The notes under the pieces were generated by a model. It did not search any database. It was not told where the DNA came from and was given only the letters and a program-made list of their open reading frames with translations. Position numbers and translations under genes: made by a program. Of a DNA stretch of 43,181 bases, positions 27,192 through 37,369 are shown in pieces; the stretch's first letter is position 1, and every line of letters starts with the position of its first letter. This DNA comes from a virus (lineage: Duplodnaviria > Caudoviricetes). Where the stretch lies: positions 1 to 43,181 of the IMG/VR virus record IMGVR_UViG_3300048856_000126; one strand, given 5' to 3'.

Positions 27192-27892
27192 CGCGATCCC
27201 TCGCAGAACTTCGCGCCAACCGTCCCCAGGGCTACCGCGAGGAAGCCGTGACGGTCTGCCTGAACCAGCACCTGATCGCCGAGATGCAGTCACTCGGCAA
27301 CGAGCTCAACAACCTCTCGGCCGACGTCATCGAAGCTGAGGGCGACTCTGAGGGGCCGCCGCCGCGGTTGGTCGGTCGCAAGGAGCACCCTCGGGTCTCC
27401 GAGATCCGCGACCGGATGGCCGAACTCCTGCGAGAGATCGCCGAAGAAGAGGGCGAGTTCCGGCTCCGCGACAAGAAGTCGGACGGCGAGTGGCGTCGGT
27501 GGTGCAACGAGCACCCCGCCCGCAAGGATGGCGAGCCCGGTTTCGACCGTGACATCCGCGTGACGAGCGGTCACTGCAATGCCGACGATCTGATCGACGA
27601 CCTCGGCTCCTACGTTCACTCGTGGAACGGGGACCCGCTCGAAGGCTCTGACTGGTCCGACGTGTTCGAGGCGTCGGTCAGCTCGCCCGACAAGGCTCAG
27701 ATGGCTGCAGCCGTCGTGTCGATGTACGAGGTCCGCCTGGATTTTCCGCGATGGCGGAGCAGCTTGTCCGCCGGCCTGAAGAGGTTGAGCGACTTCGACT
27801 CGCACGAGACCTCGGGATCTCCTACAAGCGACTCCACGGCTGGGAGCCCCGAACTTCCCAAGTCGGCTACGACCGAGACGGCGACCGCGTAG
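27188..27892 (+). CDS. tail assembly chaperone (G)
   Basis: position before TMP; slippery G GAT TTT at 27739-27745. Confidence 0.8.
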   Translation: MTRSLAELRANRPQGYREEAVTVCLNQHLIAEMQSLGNELNNLSADVIEAEGDSEGPPPRLVGRKEHPRVSEIRDRMAELLREIAEEEGEFRLRDKKSDGEWRRWCNEHPARKDGEPGFDRDIRVTSGHCNADDLIDDLGSYVHSWNGDPLEGSDWSDVFEASVSSPDKAQMAAAVVSMYEVRLDFPRWRSSLSAGLKRLSDFDSHETSGSPTSDSTAGSPELPKSATTETATA

Positions 27893-28239
27893 CGCTCGCC
27901 GACGCCTGGGAGATCGTCACCGAGGTCGAGGTCGAGTGGGATGACGAGGAGCGCGCACGTCTACTCGCTCTCGGCCGCCACGATGGCGCGCTGCATACGT
28001 GTGGCTTCCATCCGGACATCACCTCGGACAAGGCCAACCAGTTCCAGATCGAAGAGACGGCCTGCAACGTCTGCAAGGCCACCGACCGCTACCTCCGCAT
28101 CCAGGCCCACCGTGACCGCGAGTTCGAGCAGATGCTCGGCGACAAGCCGAAGCCCGAGATGCCACGCCCCTCGGACGGTCGCACAACCAGGATCCGCGCG
28201 CTGTCGGCCCTGGAGGCGAACGCCCGGCGAGGGGCCTAG
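27188..28239 (+). CDS. tail assembly chaperone GT (-1 frameshift product)
   Basis: ORF 27751-28239 is in the -1 frame and opens at GGATTTT; LARDLGISYKRLHGWEP. Confidence 0.7.
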
Positions 28240-28523
28240 CAGTCCTTAGCGGGCAGCCCAGCAAGGACGCGATCAGTGTTCTCCGCCTGACAGTCGAGGT
28301 CGTCGTCCGCTGAGACGATCCCGTACAGCACCACTACACCGGCGACCACAGCGGCCACTCCGAGCGCCACTCCCTGAGCGATCTTCCGCGTGCTTGGCCC
28401 GGTCGCGGGCGGCGTCATCGGTGCGACTCGATCGGTCCAGTGCTCGCCATCCCAATAGCGCTGCGTGTTCGCCATCTCGGGGTGCGCGTACCAGCCCGGC
28501 GGGGGCTTCGGCTGCTCCGACAT
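28236..28523 (-). CDS. DUF2510 membrane protein (moron)
   Basis: PPGWYAHP...RYWDGEHWT plus one TM; TACCCT 6 nt before ATG. Confidence 0.85.
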   Translation of the reverse strand: MSEQPKPPPGWYAHPEMANTQRYWDGEHWTDRVAPMTPPATGPSTRKIAQGVALGVAAVVAGVVVLYGIVSADDDLDCQAENTDRVLAGLPAKDC

Positions 28524-28575
28524 TCCAGCAGGGTACGGCGCTCGGCGCCCCCGTGACCACAGAAGGCGGTGAGCG

Positions 28576-31500
28576 GTGGCTACCAGGCGCGAGCGTGTCG
28601 TCCTTGAACTGCAGGACGACTTCACCACGGGCATGGCGAAGGCCGCCGCCGCTACTGCGCTCCTCGATCGGGCCCTGAGCAACCTCGACGGCTCGTCGGT
28701 CAGCGCTCGACAGGGACTCACTGGCCTGAATCGTGGGGACGCGCTTCCGGCGGTTGAGCGTGGTGCGCGCCAGGCGGACCAGTCGATCAACCAGCTCACG
28801 GGCCGGTTGCGCTTGCTCGCTGACGTGACGGCGATCCTGGGGCCTGGCCTCGTTCCGCTCGGCGCGGCGGCAGTCCCTGGCCTTGCCGCTATGACCGCCC
28901 AGCTTGGCGCCGCAGCCGGCGCTCTCGGCGTGACGCTCCTGGCAACCCAGGGGCTCGGTGACGCTTTCGAGGCACTCAACACGTACCAGATGGAGCCGAC
29001 CGCCGAGAACCTCGCCGCCATGCGCGAGGAGATGACTCGGGTCGGCCCGGCGGCTGCCGAGTTCATCCGGTTCATCGACGATCTGGAGCCCCAGTTCCGC
29101 GACCTCCAGATGGTTGCGCGTGATGGCCTGTTCCCCGGCGTCCAGGAGGGCATCGAGTCGCTGATGACTCGCGCTCCTCAGGTGCGCGAGATCGTCAGCG
29201 AGATCGCCACCGCGATGGGCGACCTAGCCGGCGAGGCTGGTGCCGGCCTCGGTGGGGATCGCTTCACTGCGTTCTTCGACTACCTGGAGACCCGCGCCGC
29301 TCCGATCCTGATGGACTTCAGCCGCACGATCGGCAACTTCGTCGAAGGCGTGGCGAACCTGATCGTCGCCTTCGACCCGGCGGCGCGCGGCTTCTCTGAC
29401 GGCCTACTGGACATGTCCCGCTCGTTCGCCGAGTGGTCCCGGTCGCTCGACTCGAACGCTGGCTTCCAGGAGTTCCTCGCCTACGTGCAGGAGTCCGGCC
29501 CCCGCGCGCTCGACCTGATCGGCTCGCTCATCGACCTCCTCGCGGGCGTCGTGCAGGCGGCGGCTCCCCTGGGTCTCCAACTGCTGCCGGCACTGACCCA
29601 GGTTGTCGACCTGCTGGCCTCGATCGCCGGATCCGACTTGGGTACGCCGATCCTCGCTGGAGTCGCAGCGCTGGCCGCCTACAACCGGGCTCTGCGGGTG
29701 ACCTCGACGCTGGGTGCGACCGCGTTCGGTGCGCGCTTCCAGCAGAACGTGCGCGGTTCGGTAACAGCGCTGACGACCGTCACCTCGGCGCAGGATCGCG
29801 CCCGGATGTCGACGACGGCACTGGCTAGGGCCGAGGCTGACCGTGCCGCGTCTGTGCGCCGTGGCGCCGCTGAGATCGGCAAGGTCGGCGCAACTGTGGC
29901 AGGGCTGGCGCTGGCGACCTCTGGGGCCGCGGACAGCTTCGGCCTGACCAACACCGCGTCGCTGGCCCTGATGGGCACTCTCGCCGGCCCGTGGGGTGCC
30001 GCGATCGGCGGCGCCGTCGGCCTCACGATGGACTTCGCTGCAGCGAACGATGACGCCGAGGAGTCACTCCGCCGCACGCAGGCGGCGATTGAGAGTGTGG
30101 ACACGTCGGTCATGGAGCAGCAGCTCGCCGATGTCACCCAGCAACTCGCCGCAACCAAGGATGACATTGACAGCGACTCGATAGGCGAGTTCGGCCGCAA
30201 CTTCTTTGACGTCGACCTCTGGTCCGAGTGGACTCGCGACGCCTGGGGAGCCGGTACCGCCGTCGAGAGTCTCACGCAGCAACAGCAGGATCTGCAGGAC
30301 GCGATCGCCGAAGGTCCGTCTGGCTTCGATGCTCTGAGTGCCGGGGTCAACGCAACCACTGCTTCCCTGACCGAGCAGACCGGCGCAATCGTTCAGAACA
30401 TCAACGCGCTCCGGACCCGGACCAACGAGGCGCTGCGCGCCTTCGACGCCGAGACGTCCTGGCGGCAGGCACTCGTCGACGCGCGCAAGGCGGCCGAGGA
30501 CAACAACGCCGGCATCCGGGGCTCGTCTCAGGCGGCGCTACAGAACCGGCAGGTTCTCTCGCAGCTCGCGGCGGCCTGGAACAACCAGTCCGAAGCGGTG
30601 AAGAACAGCGAAGGCCGGTTCAAGTCGGCCCGTTCGGCGTTCATTCAGACCGCGACCGACATGGGCGTCCCGATCAAGCGGGCGCGCGAGCTGGCAAACT
30701 CGATCCTCCAGATCCCGGCGTCGCGCACGACGAATCTTCAGGTCCAGGCTGCGCAGGCCTTGGGCGTTACCCGCCAGGTTGTCGCCGAACTGGCACGTCT
30801 AGCCGACAAGACGGTCACGGTCACCGTGCGTCGCGTCGGCGCCGGCGTTGGCGACCTGCTCGGCTCCTTCGCCAGCGGTGGCTTCACGGGCCCCGGTCGC
30901 CGCGACGAGCCGGCCGGCGTCGTCCACCGCGGCGAGGTCGTCATCCCGCAGGAGCTCGTCCGCCGTGACTGGTCGATGCTGTCGAGCCGCTACGGTCACC
31001 TTCCCGGGTTCGCTGACGGCGGCGTGGTCGGCAACACGACGGGCAGCACCGAGGGCTCGAAGGAGCGCGAGGAGCGTCGTCGCTTCGGCTTCACGTTCGA
31101 CATCGAGGAGATGCGGGCGGCGGTCCGTGGCTTCAGGGACGAGCTGCGCAACACGGGCCGCGAGCTGACCCGGTCCGAGCAGGCGCTGGCGCGCGAGACG
31201 GACGTCCGCGACCGGCTGCTGGATGTCTTCAATGAGGCGTCGAGCAATGCGCAGTCGGCGGTCCGGTCGGACATCTTCGCGCGACCGGAGGGCAGCCCCT
31301 GGGCGGCGCAGACCCCGTCTTCGCCGGGCGACGTGCTGCGGTCGGACCTGGGTCAGATCCGGGAGTTCACGCAGATCATCCAGTCGCTGCGCAGCAAGGG
31401 CCTGGAGGGTCCGATCCTCGCGGAACTGTTGGCGAAGCAGGACATCGACTTGGCGCGGTTCTACAACACGCTTCCGGCGCAGGAACTGCTCGGCTACCGC

Positions 31501-31803
31501 AACCTCTACCAGGAGCGCGAGGGCGCACTGGCGGCCCTCGGGAACGTCGCTGGCGCGGGCGCTGCTCCGGGGTTGGCTGCCGCTCAGGCGGCGGTCGACG
31601 CATCGGCCGCTCAGGTGCGTGCGATGGAGCAGATCGCCAAGCGGCAAGAGAAGGTCATCGATCGCCAGACCCAGATCCTGAAGTCGGCCGTCGACAACCT
31701 GCCTCCGGGGCTGGCGAAGGAACTCAATGGCGCCGCCTCGAACGGCAAGCGCCAGCAGCGGCGAGACAAGCCCAAGGGCAAGGCGGGGTTCAACTTCTCA
31801 TGA
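28576..31803 (+). CDS. tape measure protein
   Basis: 1075 aa, Ala/Gly-rich helical; FASGGFTG...PAGVVHRGEVV motif. Confidence 0.95.
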   Translation: MATRRERVVLELQDDFTTGMAKAAAATALLDRALSNLDGSSVSARQGLTGLNRGDALPAVERGARQADQSINQLTGRLRLLADVTAILGPGLVPLGAAAVPGLAAMTAQLGAAAGALGVTLLATQGLGDAFEALNTYQMEPTAENLAAMREEMTRVGPAAAEFIRFIDDLEPQFRDLQMVARDGLFPGVQEGIESLMTRAPQVREIVSEIATAMGDLAGEAGAGLGGDRFTAFFDYLETRAAPILMDFSRTIGNFVEGVANLIVAFDPAARGFSDGLLDMSRSFAEWSRSLDSNAGFQEFLAYVQESGPRALDLIGSLIDLLAGVVQAAAPLGLQLLPALTQVVDLLASIAGSDLGTPILAGVAALAAYNRALRVTSTLGATAFGARFQQNVRGSVTALTTVTSAQDRARMSTTALARAEADRAASVRRGAAEIGKVGATVAGLALATSGAADSFGLTNTASLALMGTLAGPWGAAIGGAVGLTMDFAAANDDAEESLRRTQAAIESVDTSVMEQQLADVTQQLAATKDDIDSDSIGEFGRNFFDVDLWSEWTRDAWGAGTAVESLTQQQQDLQDAIAEGPSGFDALSAGVNATTASLTEQTGAIVQNINALRTRTNEALRAFDAETSWRQALVDARKAAEDNNAGIRGSSQAALQNRQVLSQLAAAWNNQSEAVKNSEGRFKSARSAFIQTATDMGVPIKRARELANSILQIPASRTTNLQVQAAQALGVTRQVVAELARLADKTVTVTVRRVGAGVGDLLGSFASGGFTGPGRRDEPAGVVHRGEVVIPQELVRRDWSMLSSRYGHLPGFADGGVVGNTTGSTEGSKEREERRRFGFTFDIEEMRAAVRGFRDELRNTGRELTRSEQALARETDVRDRLLDVFNEASSNAQSAVRSDIFARPEGSPWAAQTPSSPGDVLRSDLGQIREFTQIIQSLRSKGLEGPILAELLAKQDIDLARFYNTLPAQELLGYRNLYQEREGALAALGNVAGAGAAPGLAAAQAAVDASAAQVRAMEQIAKRQEKVIDRQTQILKSAVDNLPPGLAKELNGAASNGKRQQRRDKPKGKAGFNFS

Positions 31804-33629
31804 GCGATCACCAGTTGACCCTCGGGTCGTTCGACTTCATCCGCGGCGAGGGTGCCTCGTGGTGGGTGGAGACGATCGCGGAGGGCATGTCCTTCGGCGG
31901 CGCGAACCCGGTCGACGTGGTGACGCAGACGCTGCTCCAGGACGGGGCGGTGGTCACGACTGAGCGGTGGGAGAACCGCGAGCTCACGTTCGGCGTGCTC
32001 ATCAAGGGCGCGGACTTGATCGCGGTCTCCGAGGGCGAGGCGCTGCTCTACGCCGAACTGGCGCGCCGGAACGTGCTGACGTGGACGCCGCCGGATGGGT
32101 GGGGGCCGCCGTCAGTGTTCGACGTGCTGACGTCGTGGGCCGAGTTCGACTTCGACGACTGGGGCGAGATGGAGCCCGGCACGATCGGCCGGCGGTTCGT
32201 CATCCGGTTGACGTGTGCTCCGTTCGCCCGGTCGACGGACGAGGTGGTGGTCGAGGCGGTCGTCTCGGGAGACACTCCCGAACCGATCACCGAGACGATC
32301 GACGATTGCACTTCGGTCACCGGCTGGACGGCGTCCCGAACCACCGGGAGTGGCCCGAGCTACGACAACTTCGGCCCGTTCGCCCAGTTCGGCATGGTCA
32401 CGACTGGCACGAACTGGACCCCACCCAACAGCGTCCTCCGCTACCCCACATTGGACGGCCATCTGCGGCTGATCCGATCGGGCCTCTCCGCGCCGATGAC
32501 CGACACCCGATTCCTTGTCATCGACGCCCAGGCCAACATCTACGGCGTAGGTTCAACGATTCAGATCCAGACCTTCTGGATCAACGGCGTCGCGACGATG
32601 CCTACGGCTCAGTTGGGGGCCAAATACTACTTCGACTGTTTGAGTATCGCGTCGATTGAGACAGTCGAGGTTGAGGCTTACGTACTCTGGTCCACTCAGA
32701 GCGGCGGCGTAAATTGGTCGCTGGCGGTCCATGACATCTCTCGGACGAGCCAGCCGCCGTTCATTGGCACGGGTCGTCAGCAGTTCCGGTCGATCTCTGT
32801 GCAGGGGTCGGCGCGCACGCAGGGGTCGATCCAGCTCGCCCACGAGACAACGTCGCTGGGCGAGGTGGTCGCCTACACGAACGCCGCGAGACTGGCTTCC
32901 GGCTACCAGCCCGCGTGTCGTGGCGCTGGCTACCGGACTGCTGGGGGGACGGTGACTCCCGACGCGAACACCGCCAGTGGTGGGTACGCGCCGCTGAACT
33001 CCGGCACCCCCGAGACGTTCGACATCCCTGCCGCTGCTCTCCCGACGGGCTCGTACTCGATCATGGCCCGCATCCGTGGCGACTCGACGGCTATCACGGG
33101 CGTCTCGTGGGCAGCGTCAACGCTGGTCGGATCAACGTCGTATGCGACCCAGTCCGGCTCGACGATCCTGAGGGGCGGAACGACGACGACGTGGCTGCTG
33201 TATGAGATCGCGCGCGTGGTCCTGCCGCCGGACGACCTGCCGCCCGGTTCGGCGCAGAAGGTCCGTGTGACTCTGTCGTCGTCGGCGTTGATCTATCTCG
33301 ACGAGCTCTACCTGTTCAACACCGACATCGGTCACCTGACGTGGGTCTCGTGCGGCACTGGCGCCCCGGCGACCGGCGGCTCGTCGAATCGGCTGTGGAT
33401 CGACACGGCGACGCTGGACCGGCCGCGCGAGGCGATCTGGTTGGGCACGGCGGCGGACGGGTCGGACCGCCGGCACGCGCTCGGCAGTGAGGTCCGGTCT
33501 CTGGGCACGCACGTCATCGAGCCGGGCGACCTCAACCTGTTCACTCTGACGTCGAACGCCGAGAACGCGGCGGCGTCGGCGAGGTACTACCCGCGGTGGG
33601 CGAACAACGCGGGCCAGATCGCGGCCTGA
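31800..33629 (+). CDS. minor tail protein (Dit-like with inserted domains)
   Basis: follows TMP; Thr/Ser/Gly-rich; ends YYPRW. Confidence 0.75.
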   Translation: MSDHQLTLGSFDFIRGEGASWWVETIAEGMSFGGANPVDVVTQTLLQDGAVVTTERWENRELTFGVLIKGADLIAVSEGEALLYAELARRNVLTWTPPDGWGPPSVFDVLTSWAEFDFDDWGEMEPGTIGRRFVIRLTCAPFARSTDEVVVEAVVSGDTPEPITETIDDCTSVTGWTASRTTGSGPSYDNFGPFAQFGMVTTGTNWTPPNSVLRYPTLDGHLRLIRSGLSAPMTDTRFLVIDAQANIYGVGSTIQIQTFWINGVATMPTAQLGAKYYFDCLSIASIETVEVEAYVLWSTQSGGVNWSLAVHDISRTSQPPFIGTGRQQFRSISVQGSARTQGSIQLAHETTSLGEVVAYTNAARLASGYQPACRGAGYRTAGGTVTPDANTASGGYAPLNSGTPETFDIPAAALPTGSYSIMARIRGDSTAITGVSWAASTLVGSTSYATQSGSTILRGGTTTTWLLYEIARVVLPPDDLPPGSAQKVRVTLSSSALIYLDELYLFNTDIGHLTWVSCGTGAPATGGSSNRLWIDTATLDRPREAIWLGTAADGSDRRHALGSEVRSLGTHVIEPGDLNLFTLTSNAENAAASARYYPRWANNAGQIAA

Positions 33630-33639
33630 GGGGGACGAC

Positions 33640-34671
33640 GTGTCCGAGCAGGTTTGGATCAGCGTCAATGGCACCCCGCTCCAGTTCATCGGCTACTGGG
33701 GCGACCCGGTCATCACTCACCGCTGGCCCTACGGCTCGTGGGAGCTGCGCTGGCGGATGGAGCTCAAACCAAACCAACGCACCAACGTCCTGCGCCGCAA
33801 CGCCGACGTGATCGCCTACGTCGGTCCCTCCCGGGTCTGGCGCGGCTACCTCACTGAGCCTGACTTCGACTCGGGCGAGTTCATCGCCAACGGTGCGGCC
33901 AGACAGGGCGAGACGGCGCAGGCGTTCGACGAAAGCTACAACGCGACCACCGTCCCGAACACCGCCATCGACGAGGCGCGGATGCGTGGTGCGCTGTGGT
34001 GGACGCGCTCCAACCTGTTCCCCATCTCGGCCGATCCGTTCGGCACTGTCGACGCCGACGAGTTCGGGTCGGTCAACGAGCTCCTCGACGCCTGGTCGGT
34101 CAGTGTGGCGAAGAAGTGGTGGATCGACCCTGACCTGTACGTCCGCGCCGACGCCGACCCGACGACGCCGATGTGGCAGGTCACGCCGGGCGCCGGGACG
34201 CTCGGTGTCGCGGACTCCGACTATTGGACCCACCTGTACGCCGTCTACGACACGGGCGCCGGGTACGCGAAGGTCACCGCATCCGACACGTCGCAGAACG
34301 TCGGCCGCGTCGAACGGCGGATCGACCTCACTGACCGCGGCATCCTCACCGCCCCGCAGGCACAGGGGATCGTGGACGGCCTGATCGCGCAGGGCATCGC
34401 ACGGACCGGCTGGGCGAACGGCATCCAGGTCGGCCACGGGCAGGTGCTCACGATGGGCTCGACCGCCGCCTCGCTGTCGCAGGTCCGCGCCGGGCACATG
34501 GTCCGACTCAATGGCCTGTTCGACGAGCGTGGCCTGTCCGCGTTTACCGACATCGTCATCGGCGAGTCCGTGTGGAACGTCGCCGCCGACGAGCTGCAGC
34601 TCAACCCGGTCGGGCTTGCGGCGCGCGACCTGTCGTCGATCGTCGAGTCGGCCGGCGGGTCGCTGGACTAG
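33640..34671 (+). CDS. minor tail protein (hub-like)
   Basis: position; VWRGYLTEP. Confidence 0.7.
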   Translation: MSEQVWISVNGTPLQFIGYWGDPVITHRWPYGSWELRWRMELKPNQRTNVLRRNADVIAYVGPSRVWRGYLTEPDFDSGEFIANGAARQGETAQAFDESYNATTVPNTAIDEARMRGALWWTRSNLFPISADPFGTVDADEFGSVNELLDAWSVSVAKKWWIDPDLYVRADADPTTPMWQVTPGAGTLGVADSDYWTHLYAVYDTGAGYAKVTASDTSQNVGRVERRIDLTDRGILTAPQAQGIVDGLIAQGIARTGWANGIQVGHGQVLTMGSTAASLSQVRAGHMVRLNGLFDERGLSAFTDIVIGESVWNVAADELQLNPVGLAARDLSSIVESAGGSLD

Positions 34672-34686
34672 CACCAAGGAGGCGGC

Positions 34687-34719
34687 CCCCCGCCTAGACG
34701 TTGGGACGCAAGGCGGGGG
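34687..34719 (+). terminator. hairpin after tail genes
   Basis: CCCCCGCCT...AGGCGGGGG. Confidence 0.5.
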
Positions 34720-34867
34720 ACCTGGCAGCACTCGACCGATTCCGGCGGTCTCGGGCTGCGTAATCGAGGAGTCAACTGCACGACGGCCTGATACGTCACG
34801 GCTGTCTCAAATCGCGAAGGGACGCCGCGATGTGGATGCACCGCCGATTGAGCCCAGAGCGCCCCAG

Positions 34868-35113
34868 ATGACCATCTTCGAAGGCTTGCTCCTGGGCGAC
34901 TACACTGGCCCGGCCGTTCTGGCTGCGGTCGCGTTAGCCGTCATCACGCGGAAGCTCGTTTGGATCGGCGACCTGCGCAAGGTCGAGGCCGACCGCGACG
35001 AGTGGAAGCGCATCGCGCTAGGAGCCCTCGGGGTGGCAGAGAAGATGACCATCACTGGTGAAACCGTCGCTTCGGCAGTCCAGAATCTCCCGGACCCAGG
35101 AGCCAGGCAATGA
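34868..35113 (+). CDS. single-TM protein (lysis cassette)
   Basis: TM then coiled coil DRDEWKRIA. Confidence 0.7.
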   Translation: MTIFEGLLLGDYTGPAVLAAVALAVITRKLVWIGDLRKVEADRDEWKRIALGALGVAEKMTITGETVASAVQNLPDPGARQ

Positions 35114-35295
35114 GGTGGCTCTGGCGCCTCATGAAGCGTGACGACGACGACCGGGATCCTCACCTGAAGGTCGCCAAGGAGCGCCTGCGCGTAGTCGAGG
35201 AGCGGGCCACTGGCCCGGCCGACTATCTGCGCGGACGCCTAGACCGCAACCACTTCTCCCAGACCTGGGACGAGATCATCCACGGGAGGAACTGA
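35110..35295 (+). CDS. small lysis-cassette protein
   Basis: ATGA overlap; RNHFS motif. Confidence 0.65.
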   Translation: MRWLWRLMKRDDDDRDPHLKVAKERLRVVEERATGPADYLRGRLDRNHFSQTWDEIIHGRN

Positions 35296-35296
35296 G

Positions 35297-35605
35297 GTGG
35301 AAGATCCACTGATCTTCAAGGTGCTGTCGACGGGCTCGTTCATCGTCTGCTCGATCTTCATCCCTATGTTCATCCCCGAGGGATGGCGCCGCTCGTTCTA
35401 TGGCCAATCGGTCCTCGTTCTCGCTATGGGGATCTGGCTGCTGACGCTGGCATCGGTGCTACGCCAGTGGCTCGGGATGGACTACCCGGGGCGGCAGCCG
35501 ATCCGGATCACCGGGCAGATGTTCGTCTTCATCGCGATGTTCGAGCGCACCGCCGAGCTTGCCGTCGTCAAGTGGCATCGCCGTCAGCAGCGCCGCACTC
35601 CCTGA
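35297..35605 (+). CDS. 3-TM putative holin
   Basis: three hydrophobic segments; WRRSFYG, DYPGR. Confidence 0.7.
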   Translation: MEDPLIFKVLSTGSFIVCSIFIPMFIPEGWRRSFYGQSVLVLAMGIWLLTLASVLRQWLGMDYPGRQPIRITGQMFVFIAMFERTAELAVVKWHRRQQRRTP

Positions 35606-35692
35606 GTGCTGCACCGCATCCCCCGCCTCCCGTCCGAACGCACGCGCCGTCTGCGCGTGGCTCTCGCTCATGCCATCTCCGGAGGTGACGAC

Positions 35693-36373
35693 GTGCCTGA
35701 CTTCAGCGTGCGCGACCACGGCACCGACACGTCTGGTCGTCCGATCCTGATGACCGAGTTCATGGCCGCCTGGTGGGAAGCCATCGTGGCCGATCTCGGG
35801 TTCCGACCCACGATCGTCCAGGGCGCGTTCATGTCCCGGCTCGGCGGCGGCGCTTCCGCGTCTGCTGGCTATCACGACGCCGGGGGCTGCCTCGACCTGC
35901 GCACGTGGGACCTGACGGACACCCAGCAACAGGCGGTCATCCGTGCGACCCGTTGGGGTGGCGCCGGCTCGTGGATCCGCGACGCCAAGCACGGCGGAAT
36001 GGATCCGCACATTCACCTCGTCCTCGGGTCTGACGCACCCCTCGCGCCCGGCGCCTCGTGGCAGTGGCTCGCCTACCTCAACGGCGGCGACGGCCTCTCT
36101 GGCGGCGGACGCGACTACCACCCGCGGCCGACACCACTAGTGACCGAGCCGCCAGCATCTCTGATGGAGGAAGCCATGAAGCCTGAGGACTGGGACCGCC
36201 TGCAGAAGATCGTCGACGGCGCGGCGGACCGTGCGGTCAAGAGGCTGCTCGCCACCGAGCTCGGCAACGGCGTGACCGTGCAGCAGAACCTCCGCCGCGC
36301 TGGCGACACGAAGGCGCTGGCGGTCGAGATCGCGGCCGAGATGAACAGGCCGGGCGGCAAGACGAAGAAGTGA
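35693..36373 (+). CDS. endolysin (M15-like Zn peptidase)
   Basis: IVQG, SAGYHDAGGCLD, HIH; GGAGG RBS. Confidence 0.8.
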   Translation: MPDFSVRDHGTDTSGRPILMTEFMAAWWEAIVADLGFRPTIVQGAFMSRLGGGASASAGYHDAGGCLDLRTWDLTDTQQQAVIRATRWGGAGSWIRDAKHGGMDPHIHLVLGSDAPLAPGASWQWLAYLNGGDGLSGGGRDYHPRPTPLVTEPPASLMEEAMKPEDWDRLQKIVDGAADRAVKRLLATELGNGVTVQQNLRRAGDTKALAVEIAAEMNRPGGKTKK

Positions 36374-36374
36374 C

Positions 36375-36854
36375 CTAGGGGTTGCTAGGAGACTCGTCGT
36401 AGTTCATGTCCCCATCTTGGCGCACCGCGAACGGCTCAACGTCCATGACTTGGTGGACAGTCGAACCCGTTCCCATGACGCCGTCCGGCCGCCAGGGCTG
36501 TTCGTAGTCCGGGTGGTCGGCGTACACGACGGCGAGGTACTTCACGATGTCAGGCTGATCGCCGTTCGCCTCCATCTCCTCCCGTGACTGACCTCTCCCC
36601 AACTCGCCCTCGATTCGGAGCCAGTCCACCCAGGCCTCCCCCACGATCCGCCGCTTGGCCTCACACTCGGCCAGCACGCGGGTCGGGTCGATCGTGAGCG
36701 CCGGGTAGTCCATGTACCCGGTGCCAGCCGGCTGGAGGTCTGAACTCAGTTCTGACGACGCGTGGCCGAACTCGCCCCGCAGGTCCGCCTCCACGCCCCG
36801 CGCGGCCGCTTCGTCCTCAGCGATCCGCGCCAGCAGGAACTCGGTCAGAGTCAC
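36375..36854 (-). CDS. DUF6221-family protein (copy 1)
   Basis: LTEFLLARIAEDE...RVLAECEAKRRI...YADHPDY..PW. Confidence 0.85.
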   Translation of the reverse strand: MTLTEFLLARIAEDEAAARGVEADLRGEFGHASSELSSDLQPAGTGYMDYPALTIDPTRVLAECEAKRRIVGEAWVDWLRIEGELGRGQSREEMEANGDQPDIVKYLAVVYADHPDYEQPWRPDGVMGTGSTVHQVMDVEPFAVRQDGDMNYDESPSNP

Positions 36855-37000
36855 CGCTTCCTCTTCCCGTACCGCCGCAAGTGCTCGACCACCACGTCGG
36901 TCAGCGTCTTGCCCTCGGCGGTCGCTCTCTCGACAGCAGCGGTCTTGATGTCCTCAGGGATGCGGAAACCCGTGACCGGCGTCTTGGGCTTGTTTGGCAC
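36851..37000 (-). CDS. ribbon-helix-helix (Arc/CopG-like) regulator
   Basis: MPNKPKTPVTGFRIPEDIKTAA...TLTDVVVEHLRRY; TAGCGT 7 nt before GTG. Confidence 0.8.
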   Translation of the reverse strand: MPNKPKTPVTGFRIPEDIKTAAVERATAEGKTLTDVVVEHLRRYGKRKR

Positions 37001-37029
37001 GCGGGAGACGCTACCGGGTGTATGCACGC

Positions 37030-37173
37030 CTAGCCCCTCTTCTCGGGCGGAAAGATCACATGCCACCAGTCGCCGATCTCATCCTGGCCGCACGCATCGT
37101 CGTGCGCATGGTTAGGCGCACAGCGCTCCTGTGGCTCGCCGGGATCACCTGCTGGGTAGCCCACGTCAGTCAC
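37030..37173 (-). CDS. small hypothetical protein
   Basis: GTGACTGA overlap with upstream gene; 47 aa. Confidence 0.4.
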   Translation of the reverse strand: MTDVGYPAGDPGEPQERCAPNHAHDDACGQDEIGDWWHVIFPPEKRG

Positions 37174-37369
37174 GGTCCCCACCACCCTCGGTGATTGCGG
37201 GCGTGGTGAGTCGCTTCGCCCGCTCGGCGTAGCGGCCCGAGAGCACGTCGCAGTAATGGCATCCCGGATGGTCGGTCCAGCGGGTCAGCACGCCCATGCT
37301 GTCGATCTGGACGTGCCCGTTGGTCTCGGCCCAGTGGTCCCAGGCGTCGAGGGTTCGCGCGACGGTCAC
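37166..37369 (-). CDS. hypothetical protein (block 6, last gene)
   Basis: GTGA overlap; CHYC; ends RLTTPAITEGGGDRD. Confidence 0.6.
   Translation of the reverse strand: MTVARTLDAWDHWAETNGHVQIDSMGVLTRWTDHPGCHYCDVLSGRYAERAKRLTTPAITEGGGDRD

Noticed and set aside
17992-34671. Scattered GGCCGA hexamers in structural genes
   Set aside because: Expected from Ala-Glu/Asp codons in high-GC DNA; they lack the flanking consensus and gene-start position.
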